Positions 45,460 through 55,898 of a stretch of 64,000 nt of DNA are shown piece by piece. Position 1 is the first letter of the stretch. The number at the start of each line of letters is the position of its first letter. Both the position numbers and the translations under genes were made by a program. This DNA comes from Dehalococcoidia bacterium (GTDB lineage: Bacteria > Chloroflexota > Dehalococcoidia > Plut-88900): assembly GCA_965249275.1 (NCBI GenBank), contig CBDFLQ010000006.1:64001-128000 (forward strand), in the 5' to 3' direction. Under the pieces are notes generated by a model. The model saw only the letters and a list, made by a program, of their open reading frames with translations. It did not search any database and was not told the DNA's origin.

Positions 45460-46475
45460 CCAGTTTGCTTGAGCAGATGGTACCAACTCAGGGTTCTGGA
45501 TTCCCCATTCAGAGGCTCCGACGTTTACGCCGAACCCAGGCTATGCGGGACCTGATCAAGGAAACTACCCTGAGTCCCAGCGACTTCATTTACCCTATGT
45601 TCGTCACCCAGGACTCGGGCCAAAAGCGTGAAGTCCCCTCCATGCCTGGTGTCTACCAGATGTCCCCCGACATCGCCGCTAAGGAGACGGAGGAAGTTGC
45701 GGCGCTCGGTATAAAGGCAGTGCTCCTTTTCGGCCTGCCCAACGAAAAAGACTCCGTCGGCACTGGGGCCTACGACCCCAACGGAGTTATTCAAGAAGCG
45801 GTCGCCAGCATAAAAAACGCCTCCCCCGACACCCTCGTCATCACTGATGTCTGCCTCTGCGAATACACCGACCACGGCCACTGCGGCGTCATCGTCGACG
45901 AATACGTCGACAACGACCGGACACTGGAACTCTTGAGCAGTACGGCCCTCTCCCACGCCGAGGCCGGCGCCGACATCGTCGCTCCTTCCAACATGATGGA
46001 CGGCGCCGTCGCCTCCATCCGGGACATCCTCAACAGAAACGACCTCGACCTCACTCCCATCATGGCCTACTCGGCCAAGTACGCCTCCTCCTTCTACGGG
46101 CCCTTCAGGGACGCCGCGAACTCCACTCCCTCCTTCGGAGACCGTAAGTCCTATCAAATGGACCCCCGAAACTCTCGAGAGGCCCTTGTGGAGATAGATT
46201 TGGACATCCAGGAAGGCGCCGATATAATCATGGTCAAGCCCGCGCTGGCCTTTCTGGACGTAATATCCAAGGCCCGAGGAGCCTTCCGCCAACCCCTCGG
46301 GGCCTACAACGTCAGCGGCGAATACGCTATGGTCAAGGCCGCGGGCCGCAACGGCTGGCTCGACGAGAAGAAAGTCACCATGGAAATCCTGACCGGCATC
46401 AAACGGGCGGGCGCCGACCTCATCCTTAGCTACCACGCCAAAGAGGTCTCTCGCTGGCTTAGGGAACAGGAGTAG
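45456..46475 (+). CDS. hemB: Porphobilinogen synthase
   Basis: RLRRLR, DVCLCEYTDHGHCG, YGPFRDA, MVKPA, AYNVSGEY. Confidence 0.96.
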   Translation: MTSLLEQMVPTQGSGFPIQRLRRLRRTQAMRDLIKETTLSPSDFIYPMFVTQDSGQKREVPSMPGVYQMSPDIAAKETEEVAALGIKAVLLFGLPNEKDSVGTGAYDPNGVIQEAVASIKNASPDTLVITDVCLCEYTDHGHCGVIVDEYVDNDRTLELLSSTALSHAEAGADIVAPSNMMDGAVASIRDILNRNDLDLTPIMAYSAKYASSFYGPFRDAANSTPSFGDRKSYQMDPRNSREALVEIDLDIQEGADIIMVKPALAFLDVISKARGAFRQPLGAYNVSGEYAMVKAAGRNGWLDEKKVTMEILTGIKRAGADLILSYHAKEVSRWLREQE

Positions 46476-46484
46476 TCACACCCA

Positions 46485-47066
46485 ATGAGTTTCGTATCCC
46501 TGGCCCTGAAGGAATGGGCAGTCATCACCCGGGCCTTGGCCCGCGGTGAACAATTCCTTGTCCTCCGCAAGGGCGGCATCCGTGAACAGCAAAAGCGTTT
46601 CGTCCTGGAGGGCACCCGATTCCTCCTATATCCCACCTACGAGCACCAGAGCGCCGATCTCCTCAAGCCCCAGTGGCACGACTCCCTCGCCCAAACCTTG
46701 ACCCAAGCCCCGTCACCCGACACCGTTATCATCGATACCCTCGCCGAGGTCGTAGAAATACTAGAAATCACCGAGCCTGAACGCGTAACCGCACTCACCG
46801 ACTTCTACATCTGCACTGACGACTACGCTCAATATCGGCTCAAGTGGCGACCCAAGCACGCCCTGTCGATCATCCTTCTCCGGGCAATGAAGCTGAAGCG
46901 CCCTCAGGCCATCCCGGTTCTGCCTCGATATGGCGGTTGCACCTCCTGGGTGGAGCTTGAAGAGCCTGTCAACGTTACCGGAGCCAGCGCCGTAGTGCCC
47001 GACGAAACCCTCCGCTCCGAAATCATCCGCATAAAGGAGGCCGTGGGCACGGTAGTCCCAGTATGA
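46485..47066 (+). CDS. DUF1802-family protein
   Basis: ALKEWAV...L..GEQ..LRKGGIRE, FLLYPTYEHQ, YGGCTSW. Confidence 0.85.
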   Translation: MSFVSLALKEWAVITRALARGEQFLVLRKGGIREQQKRFVLEGTRFLLYPTYEHQSADLLKPQWHDSLAQTLTQAPSPDTVIIDTLAEVVEILEITEPERVTALTDFYICTDDYAQYRLKWRPKHALSIILLRAMKLKRPQAIPVLPRYGGCTSWVELEEPVNVTGASAVVPDETLRSEIIRIKEAVGTVVPV

Positions 47067-48058
47067 AATACCGTACGATACCCAACACCGACCTATCTGT
47101 ATCCGAGACCGGTTTCGGCACCTGGACCCTGGTCAGTAACTGGTGGGGCAACGTCAGCGAAGAGGATTCCGTCAAACTCATCCACAAAGCCCTCGACCTT
47201 GGCATCAACCTCTTCGATACCGCCGACCAGTACAGCTCCGGTGCTAACGAGGAAGTCGTAGCCAAGGCCCTCAAGGGCCAGCGCAACGACGTCGTTCTTT
47301 GCACCAAGGTCGGCTACGACTTCTATACTTTCACCGCCCGCATCCGACACAAGGAGAAACCGCAGAACTTCGAGCCTCAGTTCATCAGAGATGCCTGCGA
47401 AAAGAGCCTTCAACGTCTTCAGACCGACTGGATAGACGTCTACCAGCTCCACAACCCCCGTATAAATGTCATTGAGCGGGACGACGTTTTCGAAACCCTG
47501 GAAGACTTGAAGAAAGAAGGCAAGATTCGCCACTATGGCGTGGGCCTCGGCCCCGACATCGGCTGGTTCGAAGAGGGCCAGGCCACCATGCAGGAGCGAT
47601 CTGTCTCCACCCTACAAATCATCTACAGCATCCTCGAGCAGGACCCGGCCCAGGACTTCTTCCCCATAGCCAAGGATTGCGGCACGGGCCTTTTCGTGCG
47701 CGTGCCCCACGCCAGCGGGTTGTTGGATGGCACCGTCAACCGGGACACCGTATTCCCGGAGACCGACCACCGCAGTTACCGCAAGCGTGAGTGGCTCGAC
47801 GAAAGCATGCTCAAAGTCGATCAGATCGGCTTCCTCACCGAGGACACAGGCCTGACCATAGGCCAGGCGGCCATCAAATTCTCCCTCGGTCAGGACACCG
47901 TATCCTCCGTCCTGATCACAGTAACCGACCCCGTTCAGCTCGAAGAGTTCGCCAACGCCCCGGACCTTCCCGACCTTCCCCAGGAATACCTTGACCGAGT
48001 TTACGAGCTATATCGAAATAACTTTGGCATAACGCCGGCTCCCACCGCCGCAAGTTAA
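47063..48058 (+). CDS. Aldo/keto reductase
   Basis: VSETGFGTW, GINLFDTADQY, SLQRLQTDWIDVYQLHNP, EGKIR, PHASGLL. Confidence 0.92.
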   Translation: MKYRTIPNTDLSVSETGFGTWTLVSNWWGNVSEEDSVKLIHKALDLGINLFDTADQYSSGANEEVVAKALKGQRNDVVLCTKVGYDFYTFTARIRHKEKPQNFEPQFIRDACEKSLQRLQTDWIDVYQLHNPRINVIERDDVFETLEDLKKEGKIRHYGVGLGPDIGWFEEGQATMQERSVSTLQIIYSILEQDPAQDFFPIAKDCGTGLFVRVPHASGLLDGTVNRDTVFPETDHRSYRKREWLDESMLKVDQIGFLTEDTGLTIGQAAIKFSLGQDTVSSVLITVTDPVQLEEFANAPDLPDLPQEYLDRVYELYRNNFGITPAPTAAS

Positions 48059-48095
48059 CCCAAACCCGGCCCAAATCGACTTACCAGGAGCAAGA

Positions 48096-49097
48096 ATGGT
48101 CGCCAAGACTGCCACGGAACTCACTACAACCCAGAAGGAGCTTCTAAACACCCTGCAGTGGGACTTTCCTCTGGTAGAAGAGCCATTCTCCGCGATTGGC
48201 GCGAAGCATGGCTTGACTGAGGAAGAGGTAATCGGTCAAATCGCCACGCTCAAGGACGAGGCCATAATCAGGGAGCTAAACGCCATATTCGACACCCGGA
48301 GGCTGGGTTACAAGAGCTCCCTCGTAGCCGTCCGTGCCCCCGAGGACCGCATCGACGACGTAGCAGCCGTAATCAGCGAACACCCCGGAGTCAGCCACAA
48401 CTACAAGCGCGACCACTATTTCAACATCTGGTTCACCCTCGCCGTACCGCCGGAAAGCGACCTGGAATCGGAGCTCGACTCCCTTGCCACCCGCGCCGGC
48501 GCAGAGAAGTACCGCCTGCTGCCCACCAAGCACCTGTTTAAGATCGGTGTGAAGCTGGACATGACCAAGGATGAGGTAAAGCTGGAACCCGAGAAGCGCG
48601 CAGCCAAAAAGACTAGGCCGACCGCTGGGCCCTTAACCGACGAAGACCGGGCCTTCGTTCGGGAACTTCAGGAAGACGTCCCCTTGGTCCCGCGCCCCTT
48701 TGACGGCATGGCCAAAAGGCTGGGTATGACGGTTCCTGCGCTGTTGGAGAAAATCCAGTGGTTTCAGGATGTGGGACTAATGCGCCGGTTCGCCGCAGTG
48801 CTCAGGCACCAGAACGCCGGCTTCACTTCCAACGGTATGGTCTGCTGGAAAGTGCCGGAAGAGCAGATCAGGAGCGTGGGGGAGATTGCGGCTTCATTCC
48901 CTCAAGTGAGCCACTGCTACCAGAGGCCCACCTACCCCGACTGGCCCTACAGCCTCTTCAGCATGGTTCACTCGCGGTCCGACGATAAGTGCCGCAAGAT
49001 TGCTGAGCAGATATCTGAAAAGACCGGTATAACCGAGTACGAGATCCTGTTCAGCACCAAGGAATACAAGAAGGAGCGGGTCAGGTATTTCGTTTAA
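48096..49097 (+). CDS. Siroheme decarboxylase, fused AhbA-AhbB (NirDL-like, Lrp/AsnC fold)
   Basis: LQWDFPLVEEPF, GVSHNYKRDH..NIWFT, VSHCYQRP..PDWPYSLFSMVH, FSTKEYKK. Confidence 0.9.
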   Translation: MVAKTATELTTTQKELLNTLQWDFPLVEEPFSAIGAKHGLTEEEVIGQIATLKDEAIIRELNAIFDTRRLGYKSSLVAVRAPEDRIDDVAAVISEHPGVSHNYKRDHYFNIWFTLAVPPESDLESELDSLATRAGAEKYRLLPTKHLFKIGVKLDMTKDEVKLEPEKRAAKKTRPTAGPLTDEDRAFVRELQEDVPLVPRPFDGMAKRLGMTVPALLEKIQWFQDVGLMRRFAAVLRHQNAGFTSNGMVCWKVPEEQIRSVGEIAASFPQVSHCYQRPTYPDWPYSLFSMVHSRSDDKCRKIAEQISEKTGITEYEILFSTKEYKKERVRYFV

Positions 49098-49130
49098 CCC
49101 GTACCCGCGCCTGACTGATTCAGAGGGTCA

Positions 49131-49157
49131 TCCCAAGGGGGCTAGCCGCCTTGGGAC
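49131..49157. terminator. Hairpin between convergent genes
   Basis: CCCAAGG ... CCTTGGG inverted repeat. Confidence 0.45.
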
Positions 49158-49179
49158 CGTGCTTAAAGGGACAGCGCCG

Positions 49180-49284
49180 CTAGTCGGCCTCCGCGTCCTT
49201 GCTGCCCATTCGGCCCCTCAGTATCTTGGCTGCAGCGCCTATCACTGCGGCAACCAGCGCAACCAATATAAACTTTTTCTTCAT
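49180..49284 (-). CDS. Small single-TM protein (34 aa), absent from the ORF track
   Basis: GAGGTG RBS; MKKKFILVALVAAVIGAAAKILRGRMGSKDAEAD. Confidence 0.55.
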   Translation of the reverse strand: MKKKFILVALVAAVIGAAAKILRGRMGSKDAEAD

Positions 49285-49565
49285 CTTGTACACCTCTTAC
49301 CCGGGACTCGAGGATCGGAGAAATTCACGACCCTCTCTATAAATTATATTGATTTGCGCTTCCCTTTAGCAAGTAGTCACTTAGGAGCGTCTGCCAACCC
49401 TATCCCCGAGGCCGTTAACTAATGCACAGAAACCTTCCGAACGCCTCGCTTTAATCGGATATTCGTATAAACGGTTGCCCAAGGAGGTCGGGCGAGGCTA
49501 CCATATACCCTGAATGATCTCCCTCTTAGACCTCGCATAATTCCCAAGCAAGATACGGAGTAAAC

Positions 49566-50264
49566 ATGTCCGCCCAATTGACGCCAACCCAACTCCAGAC
49601 CCTCCGAACCATCACCTCTCCCACAATTGCCAACGCCATTGAGACTTTCGATATCCAATCCAGAAGCATCGGCTTCATGGGCCCCGAGATCAAGTGCATC
49701 CTCCCGAGCCTAGGAAACATGGCCGCCTACGCCTGCACAGCAGTCCTCAGCGCCCGCGCCCCGGCCTTCAAAGGACAGGGGCCAACAGCCCGAGACCTCT
49801 GGGAGCACGCCCTGAGCATCCCGGAGCCCCGTGTTGTAGTCATCAAGGACCTGGACTACCCCAACACTATTGGCTCCTTCTGGGGCGAAGTCAACGGCAA
49901 CGTCCACAAGGCATTGGGGTGCGTGGGCACGGTTACCGACGGTGGAGTGCGCGACTTGGACGAAGTCGAGGAGCTAGGCTTCCACTTCTTCGCTTCTGAG
50001 GTACTGGTCTCCCACGCCTACGTCCACTTGGAAGCCGTGGGCTGTCCCGTCACCGTCGGAGGAGTGGAGGTCCGACCCGGCGACCTGATTCACGGTGACA
50101 AGCACGGGGTCATCAGCATCCCCTCTGAGATCGCCGCCCGTGTCGCCGAGGCCTCTCAACAGATGGAAGACTGGGAGCGCCCTGTCATTGAGTATTGCAA
50201 GTCCCCCGACTTCAACATAGACAAGCTGCAGGAGCTTATGTCGAGGCCCCGTCCCTCCAACTAG
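49566..50264 (+). CDS. RraA/HMG-aldolase family protein
   Basis: SPTIANAIE, FWGEVN, GTVTDGGVRD, VRPGDLIHGDKHGV. Confidence 0.88.
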   Translation: MSAQLTPTQLQTLRTITSPTIANAIETFDIQSRSIGFMGPEIKCILPSLGNMAAYACTAVLSARAPAFKGQGPTARDLWEHALSIPEPRVVVIKDLDYPNTIGSFWGEVNGNVHKALGCVGTVTDGGVRDLDEVEELGFHFFASEVLVSHAYVHLEAVGCPVTVGGVEVRPGDLIHGDKHGVISIPSEIAARVAEASQQMEDWERPVIEYCKSPDFNIDKLQELMSRPRPSN

Positions 50265-51098
50265 CTACAACCCCGACCTGTTGGCCTCCGACTGCCGCTG
50301 CGCTGCGATCAGGCACTCCTGGTACGCCGCTTCCACTCCTCGCCTTTCGAGCGCCTTTATGCCTGCAAAAGTCATGTTGTTCGGCACCCGGGCGTAGTCC
50401 AACAGCTTCTCCAGCCCTTCGGGTGTACAGTCCTCGTCGTCTAACACCCTGGAAGTGCATCTAAGCGTGGCAAGCGACACTGCCTGAGCGTCCGCCACCG
50501 ACAACCCCGCCTCCCGACCATAGGCCACCATCGCCTTTATGACTGGAAACAGAAAGAACTGGCTGCACGCCTGCAACACCGTAAACGCGTCCAGCCCCCC
50601 GTCCTCGACTACCATGATTTCGTTGCCGAACCTGCCCCAATATTCCTTCAGAGCCTCAACGTGTTTCGCCGGCGTCCCAGGCTCGAAGGTCATGGCGATA
50701 TAGCCCTCTCCACTCCCCATGAAGACCGGGGTAAACACCCATGCCAGGGTACAAGGGGACTTGAGAAACTGCCGGTACCACGTTAGGGGAATCGACGCTG
50801 CACCAGTCGCTACGATTTGATCCTCACCAATCACCGGCCCGACCTCCTCCATCAGTGCGGCCATCTGTTCCGGCCTCACCAGGGGAATGATCATGTCCGC
50901 ACCCTCGCAAGCCTCCCGGTTGGAAGCCAGCACCCTGATTCCGAACCGCTCAGATACTTCCGCCCGACGCTCCACCCGCCTGTGCGTCGCGACTACCTCC
51001 ACTCCTCCCGCCTTCTCTTCATCCGAGGCCATGACCTCCAAAAGCAATTCTGAGTATCGACCCGCGCCCAGTATCGCAATTCTCTTTATTCTTCCCAT
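50265..51098 (-). CDS. Divergent pyrroline-5-carboxylate reductase-like protein
   Basis: IAILGAG Rossmann start, SNREAC, LDAFT, GREAGLS, T.AGIKALE. Confidence 0.65.
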   Translation of the reverse strand: MGRIKRIAILGAGRYSELLLEVMASDEEKAGGVEVVATHRRVERRAEVSERFGIRVLASNREACEGADMIIPLVRPEQMAALMEEVGPVIGEDQIVATGAASIPLTWYRQFLKSPCTLAWVFTPVFMGSGEGYIAMTFEPGTPAKHVEALKEYWGRFGNEIMVVEDGGLDAFTVLQACSQFFLFPVIKAMVAYGREAGLSVADAQAVSLATLRCTSRVLDDEDCTPEGLEKLLDYARVPNNMTFAGIKALERRGVEAAYQECLIAAQRQSEANRSGL

Positions 51099-51267
51099 CG
51101 CTCTCCTAAAGCCCTATCGAGGGATTTGTATAACAGTTGCTCCCGCTCCCGAGTCGGATCCATCCTCACGGGCGGGGCATTCCGCTCGCCCTGAGCCGAG
51201 TCGAAGGGTCTCAAGAGTGGAATGGGCGGGGTGGCTCAGACCTGATCTGGAGTTATACAAAGGCTCC

Positions 51268-52359
51268 TTATCCGGCATCAACCGCAGCCAACTTAGGAGT
51301 TGGAAACTCGATACCAAACTCCTCGGAATAGGCCCGTAACGCCTCCACAACTTCCGTATGAAGAGGCACCCCATCCCGAAGACGCGTCAACCGAACCTCG
51401 TGCTCCTTCTGTCCTGGAATCAGCACTGGTTGGTCAGGCTCGACCCGTGGCGTCGACCTCAGGTCCCGTATCATCTCGTCCATCATTGACTTGAACTCCG
51501 CTACAGGCCGGAAACCGTCCACCCGGAACGCCCCTAAAAAGTGCCCGACCACCCGTTTCTCCCTCGACATCGTAGCCCCAAACCCCACCCCCGTCAGCAC
51601 CCCGGCAAGAATGTCCACCAGCATGCCCAGCCCGAAACCCTTGTAACTGCTCAGCTCCGGCATTGAGCCCAGGGGCACCAGAGCGCCCCCATTCCAGTAG
51701 TCGTTGGGGTCCGTCGTGTCCCGGCCCTCCGAGTCCACAGCCCACCCCACTGGTATCGGTTCTGACTTTCTCCTCGCGAGCTCCAGCTTCCCGACAGCCA
51801 CCGCACTGGTAGCCATATCCAACACGTAAGGGGGCTCCTCTCCTGCGGGGATTGCATAGCTCATCGCATTCGTCCCGATTTTCCGTTTCGCTCCGAATGT
51901 AGGCAGCACTGCCGGAGACGCCTGGGTCATCGAGATTCCGATCATGTCATGGGGTAACGCCATCTCCGCATAGTATCCCGCCGATCCATAGTGTCGGCTG
52001 TTCGAGACCCCCACCAGCCCCACCCCCGTGGCCCGCGCCTTCTGAATCGCCATCTCCATCGCACGGTGACCCACCACCGGCCCTAACCCACCGTCCCCAT
52101 CGACCATCGCTATCGTCGAGCTGCCGCTAATCGTCTTCAGTTTGGGCCGCGGGTTAACATTTCCGTTCCTCAGCCCTTTTACGTAGGACTGATGCGCTGA
52201 GAGATGAGCAACACCGTGGGAGTCGATCCCTCGCAGGTCGGCATATAACAGGACGTCTGCGCCGATGTCGGCCTCTTCCCCCCTCATCCCACACCCCTCC
52301 AAAATCAAGCTGGCCAGCCGATGCAGTTCACCGGCGTCAAAATAGGTGTATTCGTTCAT
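51268..52359 (-). CDS. Ldh_2-family oxidoreductase (malate/L-lactate/ureidoglycolate dehydrogenase type)
   Basis: ADLRGIDSHGV, VSNSRHYG, GTNA, LDMATS, YKGFGL, IPGQKE. Confidence 0.9.
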   Translation of the reverse strand: MNEYTYFDAGELHRLASLILEGCGMRGEEADIGADVLLYADLRGIDSHGVAHLSAHQSYVKGLRNGNVNPRPKLKTISGSSTIAMVDGDGGLGPVVGHRAMEMAIQKARATGVGLVGVSNSRHYGSAGYYAEMALPHDMIGISMTQASPAVLPTFGAKRKIGTNAMSYAIPAGEEPPYVLDMATSAVAVGKLELARRKSEPIPVGWAVDSEGRDTTDPNDYWNGGALVPLGSMPELSSYKGFGLGMLVDILAGVLTGVGFGATMSREKRVVGHFLGAFRVDGFRPVAEFKSMMDEMIRDLRSTPRVEPDQPVLIPGQKEHEVRLTRLRDGVPLHTEVVEALRAYSEEFGIEFPTPKLAAVDAG

Positions 52360-52604
52360 CTTTTACCTCAAGTTTCGGACCGTCGGCATTCTACCCCTTT
52401 GGCTGAACCCTTGTGTAGAAGGGCCCGATCACTGTAGTGGAGCTTGTCTTGCTTACACTTTCCCTCACCCCTTATGCAGCACGGCCTTGCACCTTGAATA
52501 GCCCCCGACAGCCGGGGGCTGGTATACTGAGATGCGTAGCCCACTCGAGCCCCTGCCCGGCATTCCTTGGATCCTCCCCTCCTCAACACTGATAGGAAAC
52601 CTCA

Positions 52605-53477
52605 ATGAGCAACATCATTTTCTCGGAATCCCCCGAGCTTAGGAAACCCAAGGTTGTTGCTGGATTTTCCGGCTGGGCCAATGCTGGCGAGGTGTCATCC
52701 GGTACTGTTGCCTATCTGAAAAGCAAGCTGAACCCCACCAAGTACGCCGAGTTTGACCCCGAACCCTTTTATGATTTCACCAACGCCCGACCTCATGGCG
52801 TCATCACCGACGGTGTAGTAAAAAGCCTGAAGTTCGTATCTAACGAGTTCTTCTACTGGGAAAACGCCAAGGGAGAGCACGACCTCATCCTATTCCTCGG
52901 CACCGAGCCCCACCTCATGTGGCGCCAGTTCTCCGAGGACTTCTTCTCCGCCTTCCAGGACAGCGACCCCGACGAGCTGATCCTCCTCGGCAGCTTCTAC
53001 GACTCAACACCCCACACCCGGGACCCCATCGTCTCCGCCGCCGTCAACGACAGTGGCATGCGCGACACGTTGGCGGAGTTCGATCTGCAGTTTACGGACT
53101 ACGAAGGGCCCACCTCCATCCACTCCGTCCTGGAGCATGCCTGCGTGGAGATGGGGATACCCAGCATTAGCCTTTGGACCGGCACTCCCCACTATCTCCC
53201 CACCGCTAATCCCAAGGCCTGGCGCGCAGTCCTGGACCGACTCCTGCCCATCCTCGGCATAGACCTCGACCTCCGAGACCTCAACCGCCGCGAAGACCGC
53301 CTCATCAAGCAGGTCGAGCAGGCTTTATCCCAGAATCCAAAGCTGCAACGCTACGTCCGCCAGCTTGAGAATGCCCTTGAGGTCAAAGAGGATGACGATT
53401 CCTTCCAGTCTGAGGAGATCATCAAGAGTTTGGAGGACTTCCTTAGGCAGCGCCAACATGACGGGCCCGAGGACTAG
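52605..53477 (+). CDS. PAC2-family (proteasome assembly chaperone-like) protein
   Basis: GFSGWANAG, FYDF...RP, GTEPHL.W, TPHTR, YEGPTSI, PHY...NPKA, YVRQLE. Confidence 0.88.
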   Translation: MSNIIFSESPELRKPKVVAGFSGWANAGEVSSGTVAYLKSKLNPTKYAEFDPEPFYDFTNARPHGVITDGVVKSLKFVSNEFFYWENAKGEHDLILFLGTEPHLMWRQFSEDFFSAFQDSDPDELILLGSFYDSTPHTRDPIVSAAVNDSGMRDTLAEFDLQFTDYEGPTSIHSVLEHACVEMGIPSISLWTGTPHYLPTANPKAWRAVLDRLLPILGIDLDLRDLNRREDRLIKQVEQALSQNPKLQRYVRQLENALEVKEDDDSFQSEEIIKSLEDFLRQRQHDGPED

Positions 53478-53489
53478 ACGCCGCCTGTC

Positions 53490-53813
53490 CTAAACGTACG
53501 GCCCCAGGAACCTGCCCCCTATCACGTGCAGATGCCCATGCTCTTGGCTCTGCATGGCATCATCTCCAAAATTCGACACTAGCCGAAACCCGTCCGGGCA
53601 GTACCTCATCCCCATCTCTACCGCAATCCTCCCTGCCTCCGACATGTCCTGCCAGTATTCCTCCTGGTCCATGTGTTGTTTCCGCATCACCAGCATCATC
53701 ACTGGCGCCCAGGTAAGCTTGTTGTCGAAGACTATGAAGTTCTCATCCTCGTACCGCACGTTGGACGACTCTATCCCGGAGATGATGTCACAGAAAACGC
53801 AGGAAGATGCCAT
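53490..53813 (-). CDS. HIT-family protein
   Basis: CVFCDI, GFRLVSN.G..A.QS..HGHLHVIGGR. Confidence 0.85.
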   Translation of the reverse strand: MASSCVFCDIISGIESSNVRYEDENFIVFDNKLTWAPVMMLVMRKQHMDQEEYWQDMSEAGRIAVEMGMRYCPDGFRLVSNFGDDAMQSQEHGHLHVIGGRFLGPYV

Positions 53814-53859
53814 GTTAGTGATTGAGTGAAATTGGTGATCGAGAGGAGCCTAAAACCTG

Positions 53860-55269
53860 TTAACGGCGGTCTCTCATGGACTGCCCCCTGCGGGGACGCA
53901 AAACCCTGGTCTCCCCGCTCCGGTAGTCCGGGGCTTCGTCGATTCCGTAGAACATTGTTAGGCTCGGGTCAGCCAGCCGGGAGCTTATTCTCTCGTCCAT
54001 CTCGTCCAGCGCGAGCGCCGTGGTTATTACTGTCGGCAGCTTGCTGTTATAGCGGTAGTTTATGATCTGGTACAACTTTTCCTTGGCCCAGGGCGTAGCC
54101 GCCTGCTCCCCGTAGTCGTCCAAAACCAGCAAAGCAACTGTCCGTACTTTGTTGAACAGCTCGTCATATGTGATTTTCGCGTCCAGGGAATATGTGGATC
54201 GCAGGTAGTCAAGCAAGTCCGGCACAAGGATGAATAGGCCCTCTTTGCCCCGACTCCGATGGTAGTGAGCGATGGACGCAGCGAGGTGTGTCTTCCCTCG
54301 GCCCGGCGGCCCCATCAACACCATCCACCCGTCCAGCGACTCTGCGAAATTGATCGCCGCCCTGTACGCTCCTTCCAGGTTCTGCTTGGCGTCCCCGCGC
54401 AAGCCCCTCCCTCCGGGCTTAAACGACTCGAACGTCATGCCTGCTGGTAGAGCCAGACGCAGGCTGTCCATGGAACTGAGCACCGATGACCGCCGCTCCA
54501 CCTCAACTACCGTGGAAAGGGCAGGGTCCGTCAGTCGACTTTGAAGGCTTTCGTTCAAGCGGTCCAGAGGAACGTTCGTGGTCACCACCGTGGGAAGCTG
54601 GGCGTTGAACCGATGGTTCAGGACCTGGAACAGCTTTTCGGTTGCCCACGGGCTGCTTGTCTGCGCCCCAAGGTCATCAAGTATCAGCAGCGGCACGTTC
54701 CTCACTTGCTCGAACAATTCGTCGTAGGTGACCTCGCTGTTCGGGCCGAAAGTAGCCCTCAGGTGATCAAGAAGGTCCGGGACGACCATGAAGAACGTTC
54801 TGACCCGTAGGCCGATGCAATAGTTGGCTACCGCCGCCGCTATATGCGTCTTCCCGCCGCCGCTGTTTCCGGTAAGTACCAGCCAGCCCCGAGGCTCCAT
54901 CGCGTAACGCTTTGCCGCTTCGTAGGCCGCATGAAACAGCCGCCGATTGTCCTCATCGGGACTCCGGCCTTGTGGAATCAGGTTGTCGAAGGTCAGCCTT
55001 GCCAGCGGCCCGAGGTTGCTGTAGCGCTCTAGGCGCTGAGGGATTCCGGCATCCCATTGCACCTGCAGGCACCTGCAGGGCAGCGCCTTACCAAAGTCGG
55101 CGTGGCCAAAGGGAACGTCAGATGTCACCCACCCGACGCCGCCACAGATCTCGCATTCCGGGTCACCGCTGTCTTTAGTCGAATCTGCGGCGGACGAGAT
55201 GCCCGTATCTCCCCTGGAAATACCTGTCCGTATCTTCTCTTGATTTAGTATGTCCCCGATCCGTTCCAC
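53860..55269 (-). CDS. DnaC/IstB-like helicase loader with two tandem ATPase domains
   Basis: CEICGG.G zinc motif; GNSGGGKTH...LILDDLG and GPPGRGKTH...LVLDDYG. Confidence 0.88.
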   Translation of the reverse strand: MERIGDILNQEKIRTGISRGDTGISSAADSTKDSGDPECEICGGVGWVTSDVPFGHADFGKALPCRCLQVQWDAGIPQRLERYSNLGPLARLTFDNLIPQGRSPDEDNRRLFHAAYEAAKRYAMEPRGWLVLTGNSGGGKTHIAAAVANYCIGLRVRTFFMVVPDLLDHLRATFGPNSEVTYDELFEQVRNVPLLILDDLGAQTSSPWATEKLFQVLNHRFNAQLPTVVTTNVPLDRLNESLQSRLTDPALSTVVEVERRSSVLSSMDSLRLALPAGMTFESFKPGGRGLRGDAKQNLEGAYRAAINFAESLDGWMVLMGPPGRGKTHLAASIAHYHRSRGKEGLFILVPDLLDYLRSTYSLDAKITYDELFNKVRTVALLVLDDYGEQAATPWAKEKLYQIINYRYNSKLPTVITTALALDEMDERISSRLADPSLTMFYGIDEAPDYRSGETRVLRPRRGQSMRDRR

Positions 55270-55891
55270 CGCTCCTGCCTTCCGTCTTCCATTTCTTCAG
55301 AATGGCCTCGATGTATCTCCAGCTCCGAGCCTCGTACTTGACTGCTTCCTGGATCGCCTCGGCAATCCATTCTTCCGAATAACTTTCCAGGGCATCGTTG
55401 AGTTCGTCGGACACCAGAGGCGTAAGAGGCCCAATATTGTCCTCGTATAGCGAGAAGATATTGGGCCGAGCTTCACCGCCCGTAACGTCGACGGGCACCC
55501 TTCCGAAATCAATGTCTCTGCTCTGTATCCGTGTGAGGTCCCTGGCAGCCGTGGGAGTATTCAGCATATACAGTTGATTCCTCAGTCCCTCGGCCTCGAC
55601 TTCCGTCGTAATCAATATCCCCTTCTCCACCACCCCCCTCAGTCCCTTCTCCAATACCTCGACTCGTTCCGTTATGTCCTCTCCCAGACCTGGTGCCAAA
55701 GTCTTGTCTCCCAGCAGTTCCCTGAACGTCACAAAACGCGGCGACGCCTTCTTCTGTTGGAGGGCCCAGAAGACGTGCAGGACTATCTTCAGTTCTCCTG
55801 CGTCCTTGATCAACGGCATAAGCCGGGTGAAAAAGACGTTGGGGATTGCCGTCTTCTGAGAGTTTGGTTGAAAACCCTCGAACGCCGTCAT
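55175..55891 (-). CDS. DnaD-domain protein
   Basis: NIFSLYEDNIG.LTP, WIAEAIQEAV...ARSWRYIEAILKKW. Confidence 0.85.
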   Translation of the reverse strand: MTAFEGFQPNSQKTAIPNVFFTRLMPLIKDAGELKIVLHVFWALQQKKASPRFVTFRELLGDKTLAPGLGEDITERVEVLEKGLRGVVEKGILITTEVEAEGLRNQLYMLNTPTAARDLTRIQSRDIDFGRVPVDVTGGEARPNIFSLYEDNIGPLTPLVSDELNDALESYSEEWIAEAIQEAVKYEARSWRYIEAILKKWKTEGRSGGTDRGHTKSREDTDRYFQGRYGHLVRRRFD

Positions 55892-55898
55892 CGGACGT

